From: Lama guanicoe
Taxonomy: Eukaryota
Direction: 5' to 3'
Assembly: GCA_013239625.1 (NCBI GenBank)
Contig: MU054001.1
Span: 1,429,884 to 1,493,883 of the forward strand
DNA: 64,000 nucleotides
Shown: positions 14,600-27,724 of the stretch, one piece after another
Position numbering within the stretch: the first letter of the stretch is position 1
Layout of the letters: every line of letters begins with the position of its first letter
Program-made: the position numbers and the translations under genes
The notes under the pieces: model-generated
Seen by the model: the letters and a program-made list of their open reading frames with translations, nothing else
What the model was told of the DNA's origin: nothing
Database searches by the model: none

Positions 14600-15015
14600 T
14601 CCTCTAACAGATCTTGGAGCTTTGCTGTTCCCTATGTCCAGAACATTCTTCCTTTCCGCAAGTATCTCCATGGCTTGCTCCTGTACCCCCAGAAGGTCTT
14701 TGTTAAATGTCACTAAACTTCCATGACCATCATAGTTGCAATCCCCCACCTACAGTCTCTGCCCCCTACCTGCTCTATTTATCTCCATACCATTTTTCCC
14801 TCCTGATATTTATCTTTCAGGGTTTTTTATATTTTAATTTCTATTCCCTCCCTCCCACCCCCTGACCTTACCGTACTTCACAAGAAACAAGCTCAAAGAA
14901 GACAAGAATCTTCTGTCGGTTTTCACAACCTCATCTTTAATGTCTAAAACATCATCTGGCACAGAATCAGGGGGTTAAATACATGTGTTTAATTAACTAA
15001 GTAATGAATGAACAT
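14600..15015 (+). mobile_element. L2 3' fragment
   Basis: ctttgctgttccctatgtccagaacattctt...tgtctaaaacatcatctggcacag...taatgaatgaa. Confidence 0.6.
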
Positions 15016-15194
15016 GGATCACGTTGAGTTAGATGTACCTGCAAAACCTTCAGGCAGAGCCACTCATAGCCAGTTGGAATTGGAGCACAGCAGATCACAA
15101 GGGAGAACATGATGGAGACAGAAGTTTGGGATCATCGGGATAAAATCCAAGCAATCCCAGAAGCTCCAAGAGATACAGTAGGAGAGCACTTACA

Positions 15195-15420
15195 AGTCAG
15201 ACCCAGGAGCCAAAAAGCCTGGGCTCGAATCTGGCCTTCGACATTTTGTGCTCATAAATCTTGAACCAAGTTTTAAACCTCTCTGAGCCTCTGAGCCTCA
15301 CCTCTAAAATGAGGTTTTTAAAAAACCTGCCTCAGAAGGTTGTGGTAAGATTTAAGTGAGCAAAGACAGGTAAAGCACTGAGAGTAAGCTGGCACACGGA
15401 AAGCAGGGAATAACTGAAAG
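15195..15420 (+). mobile_element. MIR SINE
   Basis: cctgggctcgaatctggcc...aacctctctgagcctc...ctaaaatgagg...aggttgtggtaagatttaagtgag. Confidence 0.75.
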
Positions 15421-15664
15421 CAAGGGGGACACGGAGGAGGGTGGCACTGTCTCTGGGTAAGAGGGCAGGAGTCCCAAGTTTGTGTTCTGACACAAATTCA
15501 CTTCCTTGTGCTCTGTGGTGAACCAAGACAGGTTCTCTCTGCTCTTCTGCTTTGAGTTTGTTGCTGTTGGTGTTTTCTTTCATTGGTTTTCTCTACAGTC
15601 TTATTAGAAGAAACCAATAAACGACTCTGCAGCATTGTGAATCTGAGCATGGGACACTGGGAGG

Positions 15665-15945
15665 CGTACATTATGGCAGAAAGAGCCTGGGTCTTCGGAC
15701 TCAGAAAAACATGGGCTTGAACTCCAGCTCTGCCACTCAGATACAGAACTTAGTCTCTCCTGAGCTCTAGAACAGGAATGACGGTATCCACCACAAACAC
15801 CCCAAGCCTAAAGAAGAGTGGCTGCTGAGTACGTATTTGTGGGATGAATGAATGCGGCCGCTGTGTGGGAGGATGAAGAGTGAAGCACTCATAAAACACT
15901 GAGCACGGTCCCGGGCGCAGCGTAAGAGGCAATAAACTGACCCAG
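15665..15945 (+). mobile_element. MIR SINE
   Basis: gaaagagcctgggtcttcggactcag...gggcttgaactccagctctgccact...gtgaagcactc. Confidence 0.6.
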
Positions 15946-16669
15946 TACGGAGGCTGCAAAAAGCTTCATGTTTATGACTGGCAGCTGGGCTGGCATTCCT
16001 GTGGCGAGGACCTGCTTAAGGGACTCAGTGTCAGGTCTGAACTTTCTGTTTATTCATGTCATTAAAAATTATTTTCACTTCATCTTTTAAGGGACTAGAT
16101 TTACTTTACGAAGGCTTCGTCCAAGCACTCCTTTATTATAAGGTGCACTTAACGTGATTAGATATTGGTATCAGGTTTGTTGTGGGTCTTAGCAAGACAA
16201 AAGAGAAGCCCTGATTGTTCTGTTTGCCTTGGAGTCTCGTGCCTCAGCGTGAGCACCTGGGATAACCTCGGTGGTGAATTCTTCACGCACTGCTTTAGCC
16301 AGAAAAAGCTGACACGGCTCAGCAGTTGCTTTATAACAACGTGCGTTATCATGGACCAGAAAGCTTACATCTATGAAAATATTAGCGAGGATTTAAGAAC
16401 TGATTGCATCTGGGGAGGTTACCTGTTTTAAGGGTACTTTTTAAAAATTATCTCTTTCCTAATTACAAAAGAGTACATGTTCATTGAGATAAGCTGGAAA
16501 ACTAGAAAAAACCGTAGGAGAAAACTCTACCAGTCTGGGATGTAACATTTCTGTACAGGTCCTGCAGACTGTTCCAGATGCCGCCTCCCCGGGGAGGAGT
16601 GTATGTGTGCAAAACCAAATTCAAATCACACCAAATATTATTATGTGTTGCTTTTTAAACTAACTAATG

Positions 16670-17300
16670 ATGCATTCATTCATCTATCCATTCAAGCAAA
16701 CTAATTAAATACCTACTAGGTGCCAGGCCCCGTATAAAGTACAGAGGAGGAGGGAGAGGAGCATATGAAGAAATCATTACAATAACCTAAGAATAAAAAA
16801 AAATAATAATAATAACTTGAGATAATTAAGGTACACATGAAGTACCACAGGTGCACACAAGAGGGAGCAAAAACGACCCTCTGGAACACAGAGGTGTCAA
16901 GGAAGCATCCTACAGAGGATGGCACGTGAGCTGTTACTAACAGGGAACACAGAAGCTCACCGAGGAAGGGAGATGGAGACAATGTGCCACAAAGGCCCAA
17001 ATATAAAACTACATAGCTAGTCTGAGGTATCACAGAAACCCAGGGTGGGTAAAAAGGTGAAAGGGTCGGAAAGATGAGGGTGCAAATGCGGGAGCCGGGT
17101 AACAGGCAGCCATTGTGGGATCCGAAGCAGGAGAATGATATGAGCAGATTTATGTTTTGGTTTTAAAAAAAAAAAAGTACTGCGATTTTTTTTTCCCATC
17201 ATTGAGAAAGAGGGGCAAAGAAGAAAACTAGAGCCATCCATAAAAGGGCTGATCAGGTGAAAGGTCATGAAGTTCTAATGACAGTGGAGATGACAGACAA
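16670..17300 (-). mobile_element. L2 fragments
   Basis: gcattcattcatctatccattcaag...aatacctactaggtgccaggcc; L2 antisense body. Confidence 0.6.
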
Positions 17301-17524
17301 TATCCTGGTACCCAGAGTGCACCGGAAGTCAGGAGACCTGGAATCCAGATCGGCAAACTCGCCCTTTCCTCTCTTCCTTCCACAGTTACTAAGAATCGGC
17401 TCCGTGCATGACAAGCAGTGCGAAGTGCTGGAGAAACCAAGCTAGATGTGGCCCAGTTCTTACACCCCAAGAGCCTACATTCTAGTAGGAAAGAAGTGAA
17501 AATGTACTATTTTACTGCGCAGCA

Positions 17525-18050
17525 GGCCTTCCTCTCCTCCTTTGGAGCAGGGCTCCAATTTTCCTATCGGAAAACCATCCACCTCCGACTCACAGTCCAC
17601 GCAGTGTTGAGTGAGACTGGTCATATTCCAACCCTACTCCAACAGTGGGTGCAGAACTAGGCCAGGCAGACAGGAGCATCTCACGTCCCTGAACCCGTGA
17701 CTGATTCAGGAATAGGCACGTGACTCTAACCAGGCCAACAAGATCATGCCCAGGGGAATTAGACCCAGGAGAAAAGAAATCACTGCCTCTTCTAAGATCC
17801 TCTATAGGCTTAAGACCATATCGCCCCTGGGTTGTCAGAGTCCCCCACACTATCAGGTGAGAACGTATCTAGCATGAAGTCACACAGAGGAAAGCCAAGC
17901 CAAGAAACAGAAAAACAGGGATCAGATGACATCTTCTGAGAAACTGGATTCAGCCATGTACTCCTTGACATCAAAGTTAAGTGAGTCAACACATTCCCTT
18001 TTTGGCCTCAATGAGTTTGCGATTTTGTTACTTGTAATTGAAAGAGTGCT
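17525..18050 (+). mobile_element. ERVL-class solo LTR (LTR16-like)
   Basis: gtgactgattcaggaataggcacgtgactctaaccaggccaa; 3' end gtgagtcaacacattcccttttt...ttttgttacttgtaattgaaagagt. Confidence 0.65.
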
Positions 18051-18098
18051 CCCTATAAACTGACTGTACTTCAATAAAAATATATTTTAAAAAAGAAA
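18051..18098 (+). mobile_element. 48-bp L1 3' tip with 11-bp TSD
   Basis: aactgactgtacttcaataaaaa tail; TSD GAAAGAGTGCT at 18040-18050 and 18099-18109. Confidence 0.8.
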
Positions 18099-18553
18099 GA
18101 AAGAGTGCTGAGAACTTCCAGGAGAGAGACACACAATCCCCTAACTGCAATACCATGTGACAGGTACCACCGAGGTATTTATAAAGCGTAAGTCACACAG
18201 TGAAGACTGCAATCAATTCTATCCATAGGTAAGTCGAAGAAACTTTCACAAAGGAGGTGATGTTTAAGTGAAGTCTTAGCCATCTGGTGACAGGATAAGG
18301 GGCAAAAGAACATTCTCTGCAGAAGAAACAGGATGAGCAGAGGCAAGAAAGTAGGGAAGAACACAGAACGTTTGGGGAAGAAAAGACAGTCCACTACGCT
18401 ACAGCACTCAGCTCACAACAGGAAGCAGACGGTACGGGAACTGGTACATTGTGGGGTCATGAGGAGTCACTGGATGACCCAGTCAGACCACTTCACCTCC
18501 CATATAAGCTCTCGAGACCACAGCTGCTTCACAGTTAAAAATAAAGTAGATCA

Positions 18554-18745
<192 letters not shown>

Positions 18746-20074
18746 TTAGTTTTCCAATAAGAGGACATACATACCCCCTTCAAATTTAGCCAACTTGAAA
18801 GTATGAACTTTTAGAGATATTAGTCAAAAGTCACTTATAAAATGTATTAATTTAATTACATTTAAATTACACCAAATGTATAAAACACTAATTTAGAAAT
18901 AATGATTTTATTCACTCTCACATTTCTTGAAGCAATTTGCTTCACTCTTGACATGTATCTTTAGTATCAGGGTCATTTTTGTCATCAGTTAGAGTCACCT
19001 TTTGAGTCATCAAATACAGTTTTCCAGAACAAATCTTCCTGTCTGTATAATCTGCTTGAGACACAGCAGTTTTTGAATCCTTCTATGATACTATCACTGG
19101 AAATACCAAATCAAGCCACAAATACCCGTTCGTGTAACGTCAGAATATTTGGGGTATTTATTCATCCTGTAAACATTTATGTGACATCATATACACTTAC
19201 ATATTACTTTTTCAAGTGATCTTTCATCTCTAGAATAATTACTAAATCTGTGTTAAGCATCTTTGCTTCTTTCCTAATTTTTTGTTTGTTTTCTTCTATT
19301 TTTCTATTTTTTTCTTTTTATTTTGTCTTTTCTAATTTTATGAAGAAACCCTTTCAAGCATCCACAACCAGTATTGCCTGAGGCCATTTCAAGATACTAC
19401 ATCTTCCCAAACAGTAGCATGCTGTTCAAACAAAGCAGTTAAGAGAGGACCCCATATTATAAAGTTCTTTATAAGGAATCAAACATGTATAAGGTGACCC
19501 TCTCCTTCTGAGGGATTTTTTTCAAAGAATGTCTGACCTTATATTCCAGCATATATGATGTATGTGTGTGTGTGTGTGTCCATGGCATATAAATGGCATA
19601 TATGTAAGTGTACGCAGACACAAATAGGGAAATTATCTATGTATCACAGTAATTTTCTGAAAGAAAAAAAAAAGCAGAAAAGGCAGAAACAATTGACTTT
19701 CAAAAAAAAAAACCCGCAATTCAGGCTGATCAGTGATCAGCCACTGAGGCACTTTTTTATAAGAATGAGAAAACGGTGGGCCTTGCTCTGGGTTGATGCA
19801 GCCCTACTCCCTAGAGCATGACTTAGAAAACCCAGACTGGATTTCAGCCCCTCCTTGCTCCAAAGAGCAGTGTCTCTATGCAGTGCACAACCTGCTCAAC
19901 CAGACATGGTGGCCCTGAGTATTATCCTCCCCCATCTCAAGAAAGCAGCCTTCTCGCACAAACCCATCACAAAGTAGTCCACAGCAACACCCTTTTGCGC
20001 AGAACTCAAGTTCTTCCTGGATCTTTCATTTAATTATCCAAACTGAATATAGAAAAAAGGGAATAAAAAATAGC

Positions 20075-20600
20075 AACCAGGATGCACCTAGAGATTATGA
20101 TACTAAGTGCAGTAAGTCAGACAGAAAAAGACAAACACTATATATCACTTATATGTGGAACCAAAAAAACAAAAGTAATAATACAACTGAACTCATTTAC
20201 AAATCAGAAACAGACTCACAGACATAGAAAACAATTTATGGTGTGTGAATTATATCCCAATCTAAAAAAAAAGAGACAACGCAAGTGTCTATCCACAGAA
20301 TATGGTTAAATAAATGCTGGTACAGCCACACAATGAAATATAACACAACAGTAAACAAGAGTGAAGAGGCTCCCTTTAATGAAATTAAGTGCTCTCCAGG
20401 ATATTTCAGGAAATAAAAGGCAAGGGAAGAACATCCGCTTGTATTTGCCTACGGAAACATAAAGGATATGTGACAAACTATTCAAGGGGTTCTCTCTCAG
20501 TGGTAGAGGTGGGAAACACCAGGAAGGCGCCAGACTATTCAAAATATTCCAGTTTATATTGTTTTGACTTTTGAACTAGGTAAACATACTGTCTATTCAA
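20075..20600 (+). mobile_element. Adjacent L1 3' fragments (cetartiodactyl-type then L1ME-like)
   Basis: cctagagattatgatactaagtgcagtaagtcagacagaaaaagacaaa...cagaaacagactcacagacatagaaaacaa; then aagtgtctatccacagaatatggttaaataaatg. Confidence 0.7.
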
Positions 20601-20779
20601 CATATTACCTATTACCAACTCAAGTATATTACCTATTAATTACTAAAAGGGAATTCAATATAAAGATGAAGACAGCATGATCTTTGGCTTTATTTTATAA
20701 AGTCCATACTTTTGTGATGTCTGATAAAATACTGTGGAGAGAGACTACTGCAGATTAGCACACTAAAGAGAGAAGGCGG

Positions 20780-21038
20780 GAGTGGTAGAATGAGTGCTTA
20801 GCAGGCACGAGGTCCTGGGTTCAATCCCCAGTACTTCTGGTAAAAAATAAGTAAATAAACCTAATAACCACTTCCCCCCCCCAAAAAAAATGCAAAAAAA
20901 TTTTTAATTAAAAAAATCAAAAATAAAAAAAACCTCCAAATTATATTTTTAAGTGAAAATAATATCCAGAATAAACTAACAGCTTGGTGATGGAAAAAAA
21001 ATTTAATAAAAAATAAAAATAAATTTAAATTTAAAAAA
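20780..21038 (+). mobile_element. 5'-truncated vic-1-type SINE with long A-rich 3' extension
   Basis: agtggtagaatgagtgcttagcaggcacgaggtcctgggttcaatccccagtac (B box GGTTCAATCC), aataaacctaat, C-run and A-rich tail. Confidence 0.8.
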
Positions 21039-22059
21039 AAAGAGTGAAGGGGGAAAAAGGAGCTCTGACAATTTCTTTGTGTCAAGTGTCAACCAGTCGG
21101 TAAATAACATACAATGTTAAAATGCACTCTGGAGTGGAGGGAGAAGGCGCTTGTGTCTGACTGTCAGATCTGGCTAACGGTTGCTCCTTGGCCTGACGTA
21201 CAGATAAATCCACGCAGCCAGGCCCTGCAGCACATGGCTCTGCCTACACACTTCTCTGCTTCACACTGGTGTCAAATACATCAAGCTGCTCACAAATGGC
21301 ACACAGAAAGCCAGAGCAAGTGCAAAGCCTCGGCTCTCCCACCTGCAGGAGAAGCATCCATGAGAGCTACACCCACTCCACAGCTCTGGCAGGTGAAGGA
21401 CCCAAATACAAAACCTTAAGTAAAAACACACTGAAGCCCCAAACCACAGTCTCAAGTTGGATGTCAGAAACAATAACCCTAATAAGCTTCTCTGAAAAAT
21501 TAACCTCGATCTGAGCTTCCATGTCCTGCCAAATAGAGATATAGAGAATCTCACTATAATTACACACAAAGATTAACTGGATTACGGCTCATAAGGTGAG
21601 GGTGCATCTCACGTACAAAAATGTTCTGTCCCACTGATGTCTCTTAAGCCTCGTCAGATTATGCCTACAGCTCTTCTGTGTCCATTTTTCAGTTTCCACG
21701 TAATTTTTAAATTATGAATCATATTTTCTCAGGTTCTATAAAAATTGAATTTTGCTGTCTGTCTTCAAAATACAATCACAAATATGGGCTTCTGGATATT
21801 CAGTATAAAAATAACCACCTGATCTTCTGAGGGCTCCAAATAATTCGCAGGAAAATTGACCTAGTCCTTAAGCAGGGCATGAATGAGTAAGAAAAACCTC
21901 CCTGAGGAAGCCAAACCAAAACCAGAAAGGTGAGTGAGAAGTAGCAAAGCCAAAAGAAGTAAAAAGAAATACTTCATATATACATATGCCATATTTGCTT
22001 TAAAAAGAAAAAAAGTATCTCAACAAACAGCATCTGTTTTCCTGTGCTCAATGAAAATA

Positions 22060-22260
22060 TGGCACAGTAAAAATAAATAGAATTTGGAGGAAAGAGTAGA
22101 ATTTGATTCCCAACTCTACCACTTACTAGCTGTGGTACCACGCCTGAATCAACCTTTCCAAATCTGTTTACTCACCTATAGAACCCTGTCTCACAGGCTG
22201 TTGTGAATATGAAATAAAATTAATCACATATATTATTGCATTTTATAAATTATAAGCTAT
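22060..22260 (+). mobile_element. MIR SINE
   Basis: attcccaactctaccacttactagctgtg...ctgtttactcacctatag...tcacaggctgttgtgaatatgaaataa. Confidence 0.65.
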
Positions 22261-23084
22261 GCAGATATTAGGCAAATGGCATTCAAATGTTGGGACGGAT
22301 CTATAACAAAGCATCAGGTAAGAAATCTAACTGTTAGTTCTAACACCAGTTCTCTCAGTCTAGGTATATGATTTAGGACTAGTTTCTTATCTACCTATAA
22401 TATACAGAGATCTAAGAACAATGTCTCACACACAAAAAACCCTCAATCCACTGGCAAGCACTCACTGTTACAGTTACTCATTTCTGAGAAGGACAATTTT
22501 ATTTTCTAGTTATAAATCACCTATAAGCAATCCTATGTATAGCCCATCAAATTATATTTTATGCCATAGATTAATGCTACATGAGAAATTTAGATATTAG
22601 TTTGCCTGGGTGAACTACAACAGAACTATATAAAAACTCTCCATAAAAGTTTATATATATATAAAATGCCTCAATTAACTACACTGGTGATAAAAATTAA
22701 AAATGTCATAAAATTTTAGAACAGATGAAAAAACAAAGACCTATCCAGAGACACAAAGTGACTGGCAAGAAATTACACTACCATTCACAACTAATAATCT
22801 CATTGCCTAAGTATAAGATCATTTCCACTACAGTCCATTATATCAACCCTAAGGAAAGAGAAATTTTCTTTCAAGAATTGTTCAATTTTCCACTGGAAAA
22901 AAAACATACAAATGCAAAATTTATAATAATTTTAATTAAAATCAATACCATTTTAAAAATTTAAAACCAGTGCTTCTAACCAGTTCTTTTGTACCCTCAA
23001 GTCCTGGCTACTTTGGTAGCTCTACAATGCTTTCAAGAATTCTTTTTAAGCATTTCTTTTCAGTTTCTAATAATGGGAGCCTAT

Positions 23085-24620
23085 GCAGCAGTAGACCAAA
23101 AATCCAGCCAGAGCAAAAAACCTCATAATCCACAAATCAGGAAGAATTCTCAGGAGGACTTTGCCTCAATAGTGGTATAAAATTAGCCCTGGACTACCAT
23201 TCTATTCCTTCATAACAAGGCTTAAAAGTAAGACTGAAAGGATCAAACCAATCAAAAGTTACAAGACACGGAAAGAAAGACAAGAATATACGGCAAGGTA
23301 ATATGATCGATAATGAAGAGAAAAATCAATCAGTTGGAATTGGTCCCATAATAGCATAGATGACAGAATTAGCAGACAAGCACATTAAAAACAGTGATAT
23401 AATTGTAGTTTATAAGTTCAAGAAATTGAGAAAAGACTGAACATGGTAAATAAAGAAAAAGAAATAAAATTAAATCAAGCTTCCAGACAGGAAAACCACA
23501 ATATCTGAAATGAAATATATATTAGATAAGATTCAAAGCAGATTAGATATCATGGAAGAAAAGAATAGTGAACATGAACCCATAGCAATAGAAACTATCC
23601 AAAAGGAAACACAAGCAAAAAAAAAAAATTATCAGAGTATCAGTGAGTTGTAGGATTACTTTAAGCAGTTTAATACATATGATTAGAGTGACCAAAGAAG
23701 AGAAGAATGGGAGAAAGAAAAATACTGGCCAAGAATTTTCTATATTTGATGAAAATTATAAATCCACAGATTCAAGTTGCTCAAAGAACTACACACACAC
23801 ATATACACATAAACATAAGGAAATAACACTAAGGCACAATATAATCATATTACTTAAAATCAGTGGGAAAAAAAAGAAAATCTTAAAAGCAGTCAGAGAA
23901 AAACAGTATGTACACAGGAACAAATCATAACATGAAATACCTCATTGAAAGAATGTTACTCAGAAGACAGTGAAGGAACATTTTCAAAGAACTTAGAGAA
24001 AAAAAAATTGTCAGACTAAGTATCTACCCCAAGCCAAATTATCTTCCAAAAACAAAAATGAAATAATACTTTTTCACACATAGAAAAGTCAAAATTCAGC
24101 ACCAGCATAGCTTAACTTTAAGAAATCATAAATGAAGACCATTAGTTATAAACAAAATGACACTTGATAAATCTCAGTCTTCACAAGGGAATGAAAAGTG
24201 TCAATCATAGTAACTACACTGGAAATATAAAAGACTTCTCTCACTATTTAAATCTTTATAAAAGACAACTATTTAAAGCAAAAATAATAGCACATTACTG
24301 AGTTTATAATATATGTAGAAATGAAATGTGTAACAACAATAGCACAATGGCCAAAAAGAAATGGGAGTATATCATAAAATTCTTAAACTACATGTAAAGT
24401 GCAACAGTATTATTTCAACGAATATATATGTATGCATATGCATGACTGGGCATTATTGTTTTGTACACCAAAATTGACTATAACTGACTATACTTCAAAA
24501 AAAAAAAGGAAGAAGAAAGAATCTATTAAGATAAAGATAGATACTAGAAACCCTACAACAACCATAAAATAACAACAAAGAGTTATGGAGACAAGCAAAC
24601 AAGGGAGATAAAATAGAATC
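23085..24620 (+). mobile_element. Old L1 5' region / ORF1 remnant (host element)
   Basis: ORF1-like A-rich motifs: gcagattagatatcatggaagaaaagaatagtgaacatgaa, aaatccacagattcaag, aaaatcttaaaagcagtcagagaaaa. Many stops. Confidence 0.75.
24420..24510 (+). mobile_element. Short camelid-type L1 3' tip nested in older L1
   Basis: gaatatatatgtatgcatatgcatgactggg...gtacaccaaaattgactataactgactatacttcaaaaaa; same family as copies at 18051 and 31517. Confidence 0.7.
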
Positions 24621-24624
24621 TTGA

Positions 24625-27600
24625 AAAGTCAAACCAAGAAAATAGAAAGATCTCCAATAAACAAAGTAACTTTACCCACAAAGGAACTAGAAAAAAGAAG
24701 AATAAAAGCCCAATTTAGCAGAAAGGAAATAACCAAGATCAGAACAGAAATAAATGCAAGTCCAGAAAAAAAAAACTTTAAATCAACAAAACTAAGAGCT
24801 ATTTTTTTAAAGATAAGCTAAATTGACAGACTTTAAGCATACTAAGACAAAAATAAAGAAGACTCAAATAAAATTATAAATAAAAGAATAGAAATCATAA
24901 CTGATATGACAGAAATACAAAGGGTCATAGAACTACTAAAAACAATTATATGCCAACAAACTGAATAACACAGAAGTGGACAAATTTCTAGAAACATTCA
25001 TCTACCAAGATTGAATCATAAAGAAATAGAAAATCTGAACAGACTCATAACAAGTAAAGAGACTGAATGAATAAACAAAAACCTCCCAAAAAAGATGGTT
25101 TCACTGGTGAATTCTACTAAACTAATTTAAAGAAGAATTAATGTCAGTCCTTCTCAAACTCTTCCAAAACATTAAAGAGAAAAAAATATTCTCAAACTCA
25201 TTATGAACAAACTGGATTTAACAGCACATCAAAAGGATCATACACTATGATCAAGGAAGACTTACCTCTGGAATGCAAGAATGGTTCAGCATACTCAAAT
25301 CAATAAATGCAATGCATCACATTAACAGAATGAAAGATAAAAAATTATATGATCATCTCAGTAGCTGCTGAAAAAGCATTTGACAATACACATCTTCGCA
25401 TTATAAAAACTCCTTAAAAAACTGGGGATAAAAGGAATGTACCTCAACAGAATACAGGCCATGTAGGCCAAGCCCACAACTAAAAACATATTAAAGGTCC
25501 AAAGCTTTTCCTCTAAGATCATGACAAGGGTACACACTCTTACCACTCCTATTGAAAACATGACACTGAAAGTCTTAGCCAAAGAAATTAGGCAAGAAAA
25601 AGAAATAACAGACATCCAACTTGAAAAGGAAGAAGTAAAGCTGTCTCTGCAGATGATATGATCTTACATACAGAAGATACTAAACACTCCACCAAAAAAC
25701 CGTTGGAACTATTAAAAAAATTCTGAAAGGCTGCAGGATACAAAATCAACATACAAAAATCTGCAGTGTTTCTCTACATTAACAGTGAAATCTCTGGGAA
25801 AAAATAAAGAAAACAATCCCATTTATAATAGCATCATAAACAATAAAATACTTAGGTATAAATGGAACCAAGGACATAAAAGATCTGCACACTGAAAACT
25901 ATAAAACTTAGGTAAGCCAAATTGAGGAATACAGAAATAAATAAAAAAGTATTCTGTGTTCATAGATCAAAAAATTAATATTGCTAAAATGTCAATACTA
26001 TCCAAAGTCATCTATAGAGTCAATGCAATACCTATCAACATTCCAATGGCATTTTTCACCAAAGTGAAAAACAAATCCTAAAACTTGTAAACCACCACCA
26101 AAAATACCCAAATAGCCAAAATGATCCTGAGAAAAAAGAACAAAGCAGGGAACACTACAATTCCTAATTTTAAACCACTTTATAAAGCTAAAATAAAGAA
26201 AACAGTATAGTATTGGCATTAAAATAGATACATAGACATTGGAACAAAACTGACACACAGAACAAACTCTTCATATATGGTCAACTAATATTTGACAAAG
26301 TAATCAAGAATACTCAATGGGGAAAGGATAGTCACTCCAACTTAAACATGCTAGAAAAACTAGATAATCACATGTAGAAAAATACAATCAGACCCCTATT
26401 ATACATTATTCACAAAAGCTAACTTGAACTGGGTTAAAGACTTGAACATAAGACCTGAAGTTGTAAAACTCCTAGAAGAAAAAAAACAGGGAAAAAGCTC
26501 CTCGACATTGATCTTGGCAACAATTTATTGATGACAACAAAAGTACAAGCATCAACAGCAAAAATAAATAAGAAGGACTATATCAAACTAAAAAGCTTCA
26601 TAATGAAACATGAAAAGTCAATCTATGAAATGGGAGAAAGTATTTGCAAACCATCTATCTGATAGGAGGTTATTTTCCAAAATGTATAAGGAACTCATAC
26701 AATTCAATAGCTAAACAAACAATCTGGTTTTTAAAAGGGCAGAGGACCTCAGTAGACATTATTCTAAAGGCATACAAACGGCCAGTTACATAAAATGGTG
26801 CTCAACATCACAAATCATCAGGGGAATGAAAATCAAATCCACAGTGAGATATAACCTCATATCTGTTAGAATGGCTATTGTCAAAAAGAGAAGAGATAAC
26901 AAATGTTGGTGAGAAAGTATAGAAAAAGGAACTCTTGTGCCCTTTCAGTAGGAATGTATATTGGTAGAGACACTATAGGAAAATAGCATGGAAGTTCCTC
27001 AAAAAATTAAAAATAAAAGTACTATATGATCAAGCAATCCCACTTCTAGATATACGTCCAAAAGAAATGAAATCAAGATTTCAAAGAGATATCTGTACTC
27101 CCATGTTCACTGCAGCTACTATTCACAATAACCAAGATATGGAAACAACCTAAGTGTCCATCTAGAGATGAATGGATAAAGAAGATGTGGTGTATATGTA
27201 TATACAAATTGGAATATTATTCAGCCATAGAAAAGAAATCCTGCCATTTGGGACAACATGGATGGACCCTGAGGGCATTATGATAAGTGAAATAAGTCCA
27301 AAAGATAAAGATAAACACTGTATGATCTCACTTATGTGTGCTATCTAAAACAGCCTAACTATAGAAACAGAGAGTAGCATGGTGGGTGCCAGGAGCTGTG
27401 GGTGGGAAAAATGGGAAGACGTTGGTCAAAGAAAACAAACTTCAAGTTATAAGATGAATGAGTTCTAGAAATCCAATGTAAAGCATGATAACCACAGTTA
27501 ACAATACTGAAACTTGCTAAAGGAGTAGACCTTAAATGTTGTCACCACAAACATACCTTTTTTTAAAAAAGAAATTACATAAGATGATGGAAGTGTTAAC

Positions 27601-27710
27601 TAACTCTATTGTGGTAATCATTTCACAATATATTCATGTACTAAATCATCAGATTTTATACCTTAAATGTACACAATGTTATTTGTTGATTATATCTCAA
27701 TAAAGTTGAG
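24625..27710 (+). mobile_element. 5'-truncated L1 (L1MA9-like): decayed ORF2 RT/C-terminal region plus 3' UTR
   Basis: gctgaaaaagcatttgaca (DAEKAFD), gcagatgatatgatc (ADDMI) and tactatccaaagtcatctataga motifs. 3' UTR gttataagatgaatgagttctag...ttatatctcaataaagtt. Frameshifted throughout. Confidence 0.85.
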
Positions 27711-27724
27711 GGTTGGGGGAATGG

